This document shows, piece after piece, positions 21,236-31,433 of a DNA stretch of 64,000 nt (position 1 is the stretch's first letter; each line of letters opens with the position of its first letter). Both the position numbers and the translations under genes were made by a program. The stretch is from an uncultured Burkholderiales bacterium (GTDB lineage: Bacteria; Pseudomonadota; Gammaproteobacteria; Burkholderiales; Burkholderiaceae_C), in assembly GCA_945952065.1 (NCBI GenBank), contig CAMFGY010000027.1, positions 1,763 through 65,762 of the forward strand, given 5' to 3'. The notes below the pieces were generated by a model. The model searched no databases. It was not told the origin of the DNA and saw nothing but the letters and a program-made list of their open reading frames with translations.

Positions 21236-21577
21236 TCATCTACGCGAAGCTTTGAACAGCGCTTTTTGTTGGGCTTCCAGTTCGCCGCGCCGGGCAATGC
21301 TGCCGCAGACCAGATCACACAAGTCATAAACCGAGGGGTCAGCAATCCGATAAAAAGCGCTGGTGCCACGGCTTTCCCGCGCCACCAAACCATGCTGTTG
21401 CAGCACGCTCAAATGACGTGATACGTTGGCGGCACTGAAGCCGCACAACTCGGCCAACTCACCCACCTTGCGCTCTTGCTGGCGCAAGAGATTCAGGATC
21501 TGCAAGCGCGTCGGCTCAGACAAAACCTGAAAATAGGCCGCCACTTGAACCAAGGCGCTTTGAGGTAGGTCTTGCAT
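21236..21577 (-). CDS. ArsR/SmtB-family regulator
   Basis: LSEPTRLQILNLL...VGELA...ANVSRHL..L...GLV; C-terminal CDLVC. Confidence 0.9.
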   Translation of the reverse strand: MQDLPQSALVQVAAYFQVLSEPTRLQILNLLRQQERKVGELAELCGFSAANVSRHLSVLQQHGLVARESRGTSAFYRIADPSVYDLCDLVCGSIARRGELEAQQKALFKASRR

Positions 21578-21941
21578 GAGCTGGAACAGTCAAAAGTCGT
21601 TAGAGGCCATCGGGTGGGCGCGTTTCGAAAAACCCCACAGGCAGTGCAGATGCAGAGCGCCACACCGTCAAACAGGAATGCCCAAATTCTAGTGAGAAAC
21701 ACAGCTTCTTGCGTGATTGCTTATTTGCAATGAAACGCAAACAATTCTCAAGGCCGTGATTTTTTATCGCCGTTCTCGGGGTCGACGCCGCTCAAACGAC
21801 TGCCCAAACGCCCCCCTAACGCCACGAACACACGCAATACGACCAGCCCTCGTTCACCGCCGCAGCGGCAGGCTGCCCGAGCCAAGCCCTATGCTTGGCG
21901 GATCTTGGGTTGAAAACTCGGCTTCCAATGGAGACACAGCC

Positions 21942-22358
21942 ATGCAGACTTGGCGCGCCTTGATGATGCTGATTCCCGTTTTGATGAACGCGGGCGCGCA
22001 AGCTGCCGACGCGAAGCCCAGGCCCGAGGCCAGCTCAGGGCCGGGCGTGAAATGCCCCAGTCGGCCCGACGGTGGCGCCGCCCCGCCTGAGATCTTGTCC
22101 GCTGAAGATGCGCAAACCTTGCAGCGTCTGCTGCGCCCTTACCAAGCCCGCGACTTGGACGCCCAGAGCGCGCGCCAACTGAAGCAGTCTTTGTGCGAGG
22201 CCGGCCTGTGGCAGCAGGCCGCCGCACAGCGCGCCATGGCTGAAGCGGGTTTCAAAGTCAAACAAATCGAGCAACTGGCCCCCAGCCTCGCGGACGAGGC
22301 CCGCGCGTCGCGCAGCGCCAAGCCCGCAAGTGCACCCCGGGTACCGCCCCGTGAGTAG
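21942..22358 (+). CDS. Hypothetical secreted protein
   Basis: GGAGA SD, signal peptide ending AQA, two Cys; no family recognised. Confidence 0.65.
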   Translation: MQTWRALMMLIPVLMNAGAQAADAKPRPEASSGPGVKCPSRPDGGAAPPEILSAEDAQTLQRLLRPYQARDLDAQSARQLKQSLCEAGLWQQAAAQRAMAEAGFKVKQIEQLAPSLADEARASRSAKPASAPRVPPRE

Positions 22359-22396
22359 GTCCGTGAGTAGGCCCGCGAGTAGACCCGTGAACAGAC
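22349..22396. repeat. Tandem 12-bp repeat, 4 copies
   Basis: CCGTGAGTAGGT / CCGTGAGTAGGC / CCGCGAGTAGAC / CCGTGAACAGAC. Confidence 0.9.
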
Positions 22397-22657
22397 CTCA
22401 AGCGGCCAAATACTCTGATCACCACGGCAAGTCCAGCACATTTACATGGCGCCATTCAAACAGGGGGGAGGCTCACTTTCCCGGCTATTGCTGGCGAAAG
22501 GGAAGCGCTAGCATCGACCCGCTTTTGAAGCTCTTTGATGCTTTTTGAAGAAAGGCCTGGTTCGCTCCTGAACAGCGACTCTGGCCTCACGCTGCATGGC
22601 TGCGGCGACACCCATCGCATGTCGGTCATCCTTGGACACAGATCTGGAGAAGAACTG

Positions 22658-25243
22658 ATGACAAAGCGTAAGCCCACCGCCTTGCTGACTGCGATTGTGC
22701 TCAGCGCCTTGAGTATGGTCCCCGCTCAAGCCAGCACGGAAGCCGCGGCCAGTACCGCCAGCCCAGCTCGCCCCCTCAACGACGACAGCCCCGAGGCAAT
22801 GCCTGCGCCACTCGTCAAACCGGAGAAGTTGGAATTCCTCAAATCGCGGATTGAGCGCAAGCAAAAGATGTCCAACCCCGCCCGGGCCGATATGCCGCAC
22901 GAGGCGGTGGCCTTTTACGTCAACAAACGCACCGGCCCCATCCTCACGCGCGGCCCCAGCCCAACCACGGGCATGCGCCCGCTGGACCCGCGCCGCTATC
23001 TGAGCGCCGTGCAAGAAGCCCGCAAGACCCCGGCCTACTCGACGCGGATGAACCGCCTCGTGTCGGTCAGCCGGGAGGCTTTGGCCGCCCCCGGCGCCGC
23101 CTTGGGCACATGGACCTCGCTGGGCCCGAGCAACCAGGGCGGGCGCACCCGCCAGTTGCTGATCGACCCCACCAACCCCAGCGTGATGTACGCCGCCTCG
23201 GTGGGCGGCGGCGTTTGGAAGAGCAGCAACGCAGGCGCCGACTGGACCCAGCTGACTGACCTGGTCTTGCCCAATATCGCTGTGGCCAGCTTGGCCATGG
23301 ACCCGAGCAATCCGCAGGTGCTGTACGCCGGCACTGGCGAAGGTTTTTTCAACGCAGACGCGATCCGCGGCACCGGCATTTACAAGACCAGCGATGGCGG
23401 CGTGACTTGGACTGCGCTGAGTGCCACCGTGCCGCCCGCTGGCGTCGCCGGTGACTTCAGCTACGTCACGCAGATCGTGGTCAGCCCACGCTCGCCGAAC
23501 CGGGTCTATGCCAGCACGCGCACCGGCTTGTTCCGCTCCAACGACGGCGGCGGCACCTGGACAAGACTGATCGACGCCAACGCTGTGCGTGGCTGCCAGG
23601 ATGTGGTCTTGCAGGCCAAGCGCGCGGCAGGTTATGTGTTTGCCGCCTGCGGCACCTTTGCCCAGGCCAGCATCTACCGGGGCTTGGACTCGACCGCCAG
23701 CACCTTCTCGCCGGTATTCACCACCACCGGCATGGGCCGCACTTCGCTGGCCATTGCGCCCTCGAACGAGAACTACATCTACGCCCTGGCCTCCAACAGC
23801 AGCAGCTACGGCATGCTGGGCGTCTTCCGCTCGACCACCGGCGGCGCCAGCGGCAGCTGGACCACCCAGGTGAGCGCCAGCGACCCCAACCCCATCAACC
23901 GCGTTCAGCTGACCAACCCGGTCTATGCCTTCAGCCAATGCGTTGGGGGAAGCGTGGGCAACTACAACCAGGGCTGGTATGACAATGTGATTGCCGTGGA
24001 TCCCATGGACCCTGAAAAGGTCTGGACCGGCGGCGTGGATCTGATGCGCTCCGACGATGGCGGGCGCAATTGGGGCGTCGCCAGCTACTGGTGGTTCAAC
24101 CGCGGTGACCCCAACTACGCGCATGCCGACAACCATGTCATCCGCTTCCACCCGAACTACGACGGCAGCAGCAACACCACAATTTTTGTCGCCAGCGATG
24201 GCGGCGTCTTCAGAACCAACAACGCCCGCGGTGCGGTTGGCACCACGGTCGACAACATCTGCGGCAACCCGGTCGCCGGCATGGTGCAATGGACTGAGCT
24301 GAACAATAACTACGCCACCACGCAGTTCTATCACGGCGCGGTCTACCCCGATGGCTCCGCCTTCACGGGCGGCATGCAAGACAACGGCACCTGGCGCGGC
24401 ACCACCGCCTCCACCGCCTGGCAAAAGCTCTTGGGCGGCGATGGTGGCTATAACGCGGTGGACACCTTGGGCGACAACAACCCGGCCAACGATGTGCTGT
24501 TCGCCGAGTACACCAGGTTGTCGATTCAGAAGTCGACCGACGGCGGCGCCACCTTCAACAATGCCATCACCGGCATCACGGGAAGCGGCTTTGCCTTCAT
24601 CGCCCCCTTCCACATGAATGCGGGCAACAAGCAGCACCTGTGGACAGGCGGCTGGGACATCTGGCGCAGCACCAACCAAGCCAGCAACTGGGTGAAGGCC
24701 AGCAATTCCACGCCCGGTTCGGGTTCGGTCTCGGCGGTGGCCGCTTCACCGAGCGACACCAACCGCGTCATCATCGGCATGAGCGATGGATACATCATCT
24801 ACAACACCAGCGCACTGAGCGCGAGCTCCGTGACCGTCTGGCCCAACACGCGACCGCGCGCCGAGTTTGTCGGCGGCATCGCCTTTGACCCCAATGACAG
24901 CAATGTGGCCTATGCCGCATACGAGACTTTCTCGGGACTGAGCGTCTACAAAACCAGCAATGCCGGCGCAAGCTGGGTCGCCCTGCCGGGCACCGGTGTG
25001 AATGTGCTGCCCAAGGTGCCGGCGCACACGGTGGTGGTCGACCCCAGCAATTCGGCACGCATCTATGTCGGCACCGACATCGGCGTCTACACCAGCATCG
25101 ATGGCGGCGCCAACTGGTACCGGGAGAACACCGGCTTTGGCAATGTCAGCGTCGAGCACTTGGAAATCAACAGCCAGGGCAGCCCCTATCTGTTCGCCTT
25201 CACGCATGGCCGTGGCGCATGGCGCGTGCCACTGAATCCATGA
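22658..25243 (+). CDS. Secreted BNR/Asp-box beta-propeller protein (VPS10/GH74-like fold)
   Basis: Signal peptide (AQA); WTSLGPSNQGGRT..L.IDP; about 9 S/T-x-D/N-x-G-x-x-W Asp-box-like motifs. Confidence 0.85.
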   Translation: MTKRKPTALLTAIVLSALSMVPAQASTEAAASTASPARPLNDDSPEAMPAPLVKPEKLEFLKSRIERKQKMSNPARADMPHEAVAFYVNKRTGPILTRGPSPTTGMRPLDPRRYLSAVQEARKTPAYSTRMNRLVSVSREALAAPGAALGTWTSLGPSNQGGRTRQLLIDPTNPSVMYAASVGGGVWKSSNAGADWTQLTDLVLPNIAVASLAMDPSNPQVLYAGTGEGFFNADAIRGTGIYKTSDGGVTWTALSATVPPAGVAGDFSYVTQIVVSPRSPNRVYASTRTGLFRSNDGGGTWTRLIDANAVRGCQDVVLQAKRAAGYVFAACGTFAQASIYRGLDSTASTFSPVFTTTGMGRTSLAIAPSNENYIYALASNSSSYGMLGVFRSTTGGASGSWTTQVSASDPNPINRVQLTNPVYAFSQCVGGSVGNYNQGWYDNVIAVDPMDPEKVWTGGVDLMRSDDGGRNWGVASYWWFNRGDPNYAHADNHVIRFHPNYDGSSNTTIFVASDGGVFRTNNARGAVGTTVDNICGNPVAGMVQWTELNNNYATTQFYHGAVYPDGSAFTGGMQDNGTWRGTTASTAWQKLLGGDGGYNAVDTLGDNNPANDVLFAEYTRLSIQKSTDGGATFNNAITGITGSGFAFIAPFHMNAGNKQHLWTGGWDIWRSTNQASNWVKASNSTPGSGSVSAVAASPSDTNRVIIGMSDGYIIYNTSALSASSVTVWPNTRPRAEFVGGIAFDPNDSNVAYAAYETFSGLSVYKTSNAGASWVALPGTGVNVLPKVPAHTVVVDPSNSARIYVGTDIGVYTSIDGGANWYRENTGFGNVSVEHLEINSQGSPYLFAFTHGRGAWRVPLNP

Positions 25244-25322
25244 GGCGAAGAAAAGCAACTTCCGCTGTTGAACTGACAAAAGACGCTTGATCCCGCGACC
25301 CCTGACCTCGGAGACCTCCCCC

Positions 25323-26036
25323 ATGAATCGACACAACTCCAAGCGCCCACAACTCTGGCACGCCTGCGCCGCCCTGTTGCTGGGCGCAGCACTGGCCCCG
25401 AGCGCACAAGCGTCCTTCGTCGGCTCGCGCGTCGCGCTGGCGGGCAATGACTCCATCAATTGGGGTCAACTCGGCGCCAGCGAGGCGGGCGTGGCTTCGC
25501 CGGCGGCCGTCAACTCGGTGGGCGGCGCCACCGCGACGGTGAGCAATAGCGGCGGGGCCATGATGCGCTTCGACGATGACGGCTCCGCGTTTGCCGGCAA
25601 CTTCGCCCTGGGCGATCAATTGCTGAGCAACTTCATGGCCGCAGGCACCTTGACGATTGATTTCCTCAACCCGGTCGCCAAGGTGGGCGCTCAATTGATG
25701 TCGTTTGACTATGGCGCCTTCACCGGCGTGATCGAGGTCTTTGACAGCGCCAATCTGCTGCTGGAGTCTTACGCCATCGAAGGCTTGTCCAGCGATGCGC
25801 AAGACAATAGCGCCTTGTTTCTGGGCGTGAGCCGCAACGCCGCCGATATTGATCGTGTGAGCTTCTCGGTGCGCGGCACAGCGCAAGGCAATTTGGACTT
25901 TGCGCTCAACCGCGTGGACTTCAACCAAGACGGCGGCACCGGCACCGGCCCCACCCCCGTCCCGGAGCCCAGCTCCAGCGCCTTGCTCGGCGCCGCCCTT
26001 TTGGCCTTCTACGGCAGCCGGCGCAAGCAGCGCTGA
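25323..26036 (+). CDS. PEP-CTERM sorting domain protein
   Basis: Signal peptide; C-terminal VPEPSS + hydrophobic stretch + RRKQR. Confidence 0.92.
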   Translation: MNRHNSKRPQLWHACAALLLGAALAPSAQASFVGSRVALAGNDSINWGQLGASEAGVASPAAVNSVGGATATVSNSGGAMMRFDDDGSAFAGNFALGDQLLSNFMAAGTLTIDFLNPVAKVGAQLMSFDYGAFTGVIEVFDSANLLLESYAIEGLSSDAQDNSALFLGVSRNAADIDRVSFSVRGTAQGNLDFALNRVDFNQDGGTGTGPTPVPEPSSSALLGAALLAFYGSRRKQR

Positions 26037-26084
26037 CCGAACCCGCCCCTCACAAAAGTAGGGGCTTAACTTGGTACGCTCGCT

Positions 26085-26855
26085 TTACTCGACTTGAAAG
26101 CCGATTTCCACCGAGGCCACACGGGGGGCGTCAATCGGCGCAAAGCGCCACTGCGACAAGGCCGCCACGGCAGCTGAAGCCAGGCGTTTGTTGCTGGCGT
26201 TGACGGCCTCGGCTTGCTCCACCGAGCCATCGGCCATCACGGTGAAGCGCAGCGTCACCGAGCCGCCGCGGAAGTCGCGCTGCAATTGACGCGGGACTTC
26301 GGGCTCCACCTTGTGCAACAACCTCAGAGGCAAGGGCTCGGCGTCGGCCTTGGCTGCTGCGGCATCAGCCAGCTGAGCCGGGGGTTCAGGCGTGGCCGCC
26401 GCGGCCGCTTTGGCGATAGCGGTGCTTGGGGCCGCAGATGCCAAAGTCTGAGCCGACGCTTGAGGGGGCTCTTGATGGCTCTGCGAGGGCGGTGCAGCCA
26501 CGCCCACCGCCGCCAGCGCGGTGCTGCCCACGGTGGGCGCGGCAACACCAGGGGTGGCGGCTGTGGCCGTGGCGGGCGCGGCTTTGCTGCTGGGCTTGGC
26601 GGCGACCTTGGCGGGCGCGGCGCTGGGCGTCGCGGGCTCGGCCGCTGCGGCATTGCGCTTGGCTTGCGGCTTCTCGGCGTGCAGGCGAATCCAGGTGAAC
26701 ACCTTGTCCGCTTGCTGCTGAGCCCGCTCCTCGGCGCTGACCGCAGTCGGGGTTTGCGCATTGCCATTCGCCGCAGACGACTGCGCTTGGGCCGAGAGCG
26801 TCAAAGCCGAGCCCAAGGCCATCATCAGCGCAGAGCGCAAGAAGCGTCGAGACAT
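26085..26855 (-). CDS. TonB C-terminal domain protein
   Basis: Ala/Pro-rich linker; C-terminal PEVP...GSVTLRFTVMADGSV..AEAV...AAVAALSQWRFAP. Confidence 0.85.
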   Translation of the reverse strand: MSRRFLRSALMMALGSALTLSAQAQSSAANGNAQTPTAVSAEERAQQQADKVFTWIRLHAEKPQAKRNAAAAEPATPSAAPAKVAAKPSSKAAPATATAATPGVAAPTVGSTALAAVGVAAPPSQSHQEPPQASAQTLASAAPSTAIAKAAAAATPEPPAQLADAAAAKADAEPLPLRLLHKVEPEVPRQLQRDFRGGSVTLRFTVMADGSVEQAEAVNASNKRLASAAVAALSQWRFAPIDAPRVASVEIGFQVE

Positions 26856-27010
26856 GAGGAGACACTCCAACACAAAGCCAATCACATCAGAGGGCGCGAT
26901 ACGGCTACGCCAGAGGGCGGCAGTGTAGGCACGGCCCCCCTGGATTGAAGGATCGGGTTTCTACCAGGTCTTCTCCACAAGCGTGAACGATTGCGCATCT
27001 ATACTGCGCA

Positions 27011-29270
<2,260 letters not shown>

Positions 29271-29275
29271 CGCCC

Positions 29276-30340
29276 ATGGCCACGATAGGAATCGCCGGTG
29301 CCGGCTTGGTCGGGCGCCTGGCAGCCTGGGCCTTGAGCCGGGCCGGCCATGCGGTGGAGGTGTTTGACCCTGCGCCCGAGGCCGCGCCGCGCTTTGACGG
29401 CCAAGGCGCCGCCGCCTTCACCGCCGCCGGCATGCTCAGCCCCATGGCCGAGCTGGAAGCGGCTTCGCCCGAGATTGCGGCGCTGGGTTTTCAGTCCCTG
29501 CAGCTCTGGCCTGGCATTGCCGAGGCCCTGGGGGTCAGGTCTTGCCTGAGCCTGCAAGGCAGCCTGTTGCTGGCGCACCGCCAAGACCTGGGCGCGGCCG
29601 AACGGGTGCTGGGCCGCTTGCGCGCCAGCGGCCTGGCCCAGGCCCAGGCTTTGAGCGCCGCCGAGCTGGCGCAGCTGGAGCCGGCCTTGCTGCCGGGCCT
29701 GCAAGCCTGGCAGCTGGCCGGCGAGGGCTTGATCCATCCGATCGAGATGATGGCCGCCCTGCAAGCCCGCAGCACGGCCCGTTGGCACTGGTCGCAGCCG
29801 GTGGCTGCCGTGGAGGCGGGCCAATTGCAGCTCAGCAGCGGTGAAAGCCGGCGCTTTGACTGGGTGCTGGACGCGCGCGGCCTGGGCGCCAAGGCGCAGC
29901 TATCACAGCCATCGCAGCTGCCGCAGCTGCGCGGGGTGCGCGGCGAGGTCATCGCGCTGGACCTGCCGGGCCATGGCCTTGGCCGGCCGCTGCGCCTGCT
30001 GCACCCGCGCCACCGCATTTACTTGGTGCCGCGCAGCCGCGATCAGCTGGTGCTGGGTGCCAGCGAAATCGAAAGCGAAGACCGCAGCCCGGTCAGCCTG
30101 AAAACGGCGGTGGAGTTGATGGCCGCCGCGCACAGCGTGATGCCCGCGCTGGCCGAAGCCCGCATCGCCCGGCTGGACCGCAATCTGCGTCCCGCCCTGC
30201 CCGACAACCACCCCCACAGCCACTGCGAGCCCGGCCTGCTGCGGCTGAACGGCCTGTACCGCCATGGCTGGCTGTTAGCCCCCGCTTTGCTGCAGCGCCT
30301 GCTCAGCCAAAGCGCGCTGGCTCGATGGAACGACGAATGA
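29276..30340 (+). CDS. thiO: Glycine oxidase
   Basis: GAGLVG FAD-binding motif, AAGMLSP, VRGEV, LRPALPDN, NGLYRHG; thi operon context. Confidence 0.9.
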   Translation: MATIGIAGAGLVGRLAAWALSRAGHAVEVFDPAPEAAPRFDGQGAAAFTAAGMLSPMAELEAASPEIAALGFQSLQLWPGIAEALGVRSCLSLQGSLLLAHRQDLGAAERVLGRLRASGLAQAQALSAAELAQLEPALLPGLQAWQLAGEGLIHPIEMMAALQARSTARWHWSQPVAAVEAGQLQLSSGESRRFDWVLDARGLGAKAQLSQPSQLPQLRGVRGEVIALDLPGHGLGRPLRLLHPRHRIYLVPRSRDQLVLGASEIESEDRSPVSLKTAVELMAAAHSVMPALAEARIARLDRNLRPALPDNHPHSHCEPGLLRLNGLYRHGWLLAPALLQRLLSQSALARWNDE

Positions 30341-30350
30341 AGAGGTCCCC

Positions 30351-30614
30351 ATGAATACCGCCCCCCAAATTGCTTCTCAAAGCGCATCCCCAGGCGCCTC
30401 CCCAAGCGCCTCCCTCACCATCTATCTGGATGACGAACGCCTGCAACTGCCCGCCCCCAGCGCCCTCAGCGACCTGCTCGCCCATTTGCAGCGCCCGCCC
30501 GAGAGCGTGGCCACGGCCCTGAATGGCCGCTTTGTGGCCCGCGAGGCCCGTGCGCACACCGCTTTGCAAGACGGCGATCAAGTGCTGCTGTTCAAAGCCA
30601 TTGTGGGAGGTTGA
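30351..30614 (+). CDS. thiS: Sulfur carrier protein
   Basis: VATALNGRFV...LQDGDQV...IVGG C-terminus. Confidence 0.93.
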   Translation: MNTAPQIASQSASPGASPSASLTIYLDDERLQLPAPSALSDLLAHLQRPPESVATALNGRFVAREARAHTALQDGDQVLLFKAIVGG

Positions 30615-30620
30615 GCCGCC

Positions 30621-31433
30621 ATGACCAACAAGCACGACAACTGGCAGATTGGCGAGGTCACGTTGAGCAGCCGCTTTTTGCTCGGCAGCGCCGGCTACCC
30701 CAGCCCGCAAGTGCTGGTGAATGCGATCAAGCTTTCAGGCACGCAGATCCTGACGGTGGGCCTCAAGCGCAGCCTGCAGGCCGAGGGCGACAACGGCTTT
30801 GTCGCCCTGGCCCTGCAAGCCGCCCAAGCCCAGGGCGCACGATTGCTGCCCAATACCGCCGGCTGCCGCAGCGCCCGCGAGGCGGTGCAGCTCGCCTGCA
30901 TGGCGCGCGAGCTCTACGGCACGCCCTGGGTCAAGCTGGAGGTGATCGGTGATGAGCACACTCTGCAACCCGAACCTTTTGAATTGCTCAAGGCCGCCGA
31001 AGAGCTGGTCAAGCTGGGCTTCACCGTGCTGCCTTACTGCACCGACGACTTGGTGCTGTGCCGCCGCCTGCTGGACGCCGGCTGCCCGGTGCTGATGCCT
31101 TGGGGTGCGCCGATTGGCTCGGGCCAAGGCCTGCTCAACCCCTATGCGCTACGGGTGCTGCGCGAGCGCCTGCCCGAAGCCACACTCATCATCGACGCCG
31201 GCATCGGCGCCCCCTCGCACGCCGCCCTGGCGATGGAGATGGGCTTCGACGCAGTGCTGTTGAACTCGGCCGTCTCACAAGCCACCGACCCGGTCAGCAT
31301 GGCCGAGGCCTTTCGCGATGCGATCCGCGCCGGCCGCAAGGCCTACCGCGCCGGCTTGATGTCGACGCAAGACTTTGCCGTGCCTTCCACCCCGGTCAGC
31401 GGCCATGCCTTCTTGCTCGGGGATGCGCCATGA
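30621..31433 (+). CDS. thiG: Thiazole synthase
   Basis: LLPNTAGC, WVKLEVIGD, MPWGAPIGSGQG, IDAGIG, GFDAVLLN. Confidence 0.96.
   Translation: MTNKHDNWQIGEVTLSSRFLLGSAGYPSPQVLVNAIKLSGTQILTVGLKRSLQAEGDNGFVALALQAAQAQGARLLPNTAGCRSAREAVQLACMARELYGTPWVKLEVIGDEHTLQPEPFELLKAAEELVKLGFTVLPYCTDDLVLCRRLLDAGCPVLMPWGAPIGSGQGLLNPYALRVLRERLPEATLIIDAGIGAPSHAALAMEMGFDAVLLNSAVSQATDPVSMAEAFRDAIRAGRKAYRAGLMSTQDFAVPSTPVSGHAFLLGDAP

Noticed and set aside
21717-21941. Longer N-terminus for the hypothetical protein (start 21717)
   Set aside because: Would bury the signal peptide and overlap the AT-rich operator-like site; ATG 21942 has a good SD.
22349-22396. CRISPR-like array
   Set aside because: 12-bp units directly in tandem with no spacers and no cas genes.
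26047-26065. CCCCT-N9-AGGGG dyad and similar G/C-run dyads near 33117-33139
   Set aside because: Only 5-6 bp low-complexity arms; cannot be distinguished from chance in GC-rich DNA.
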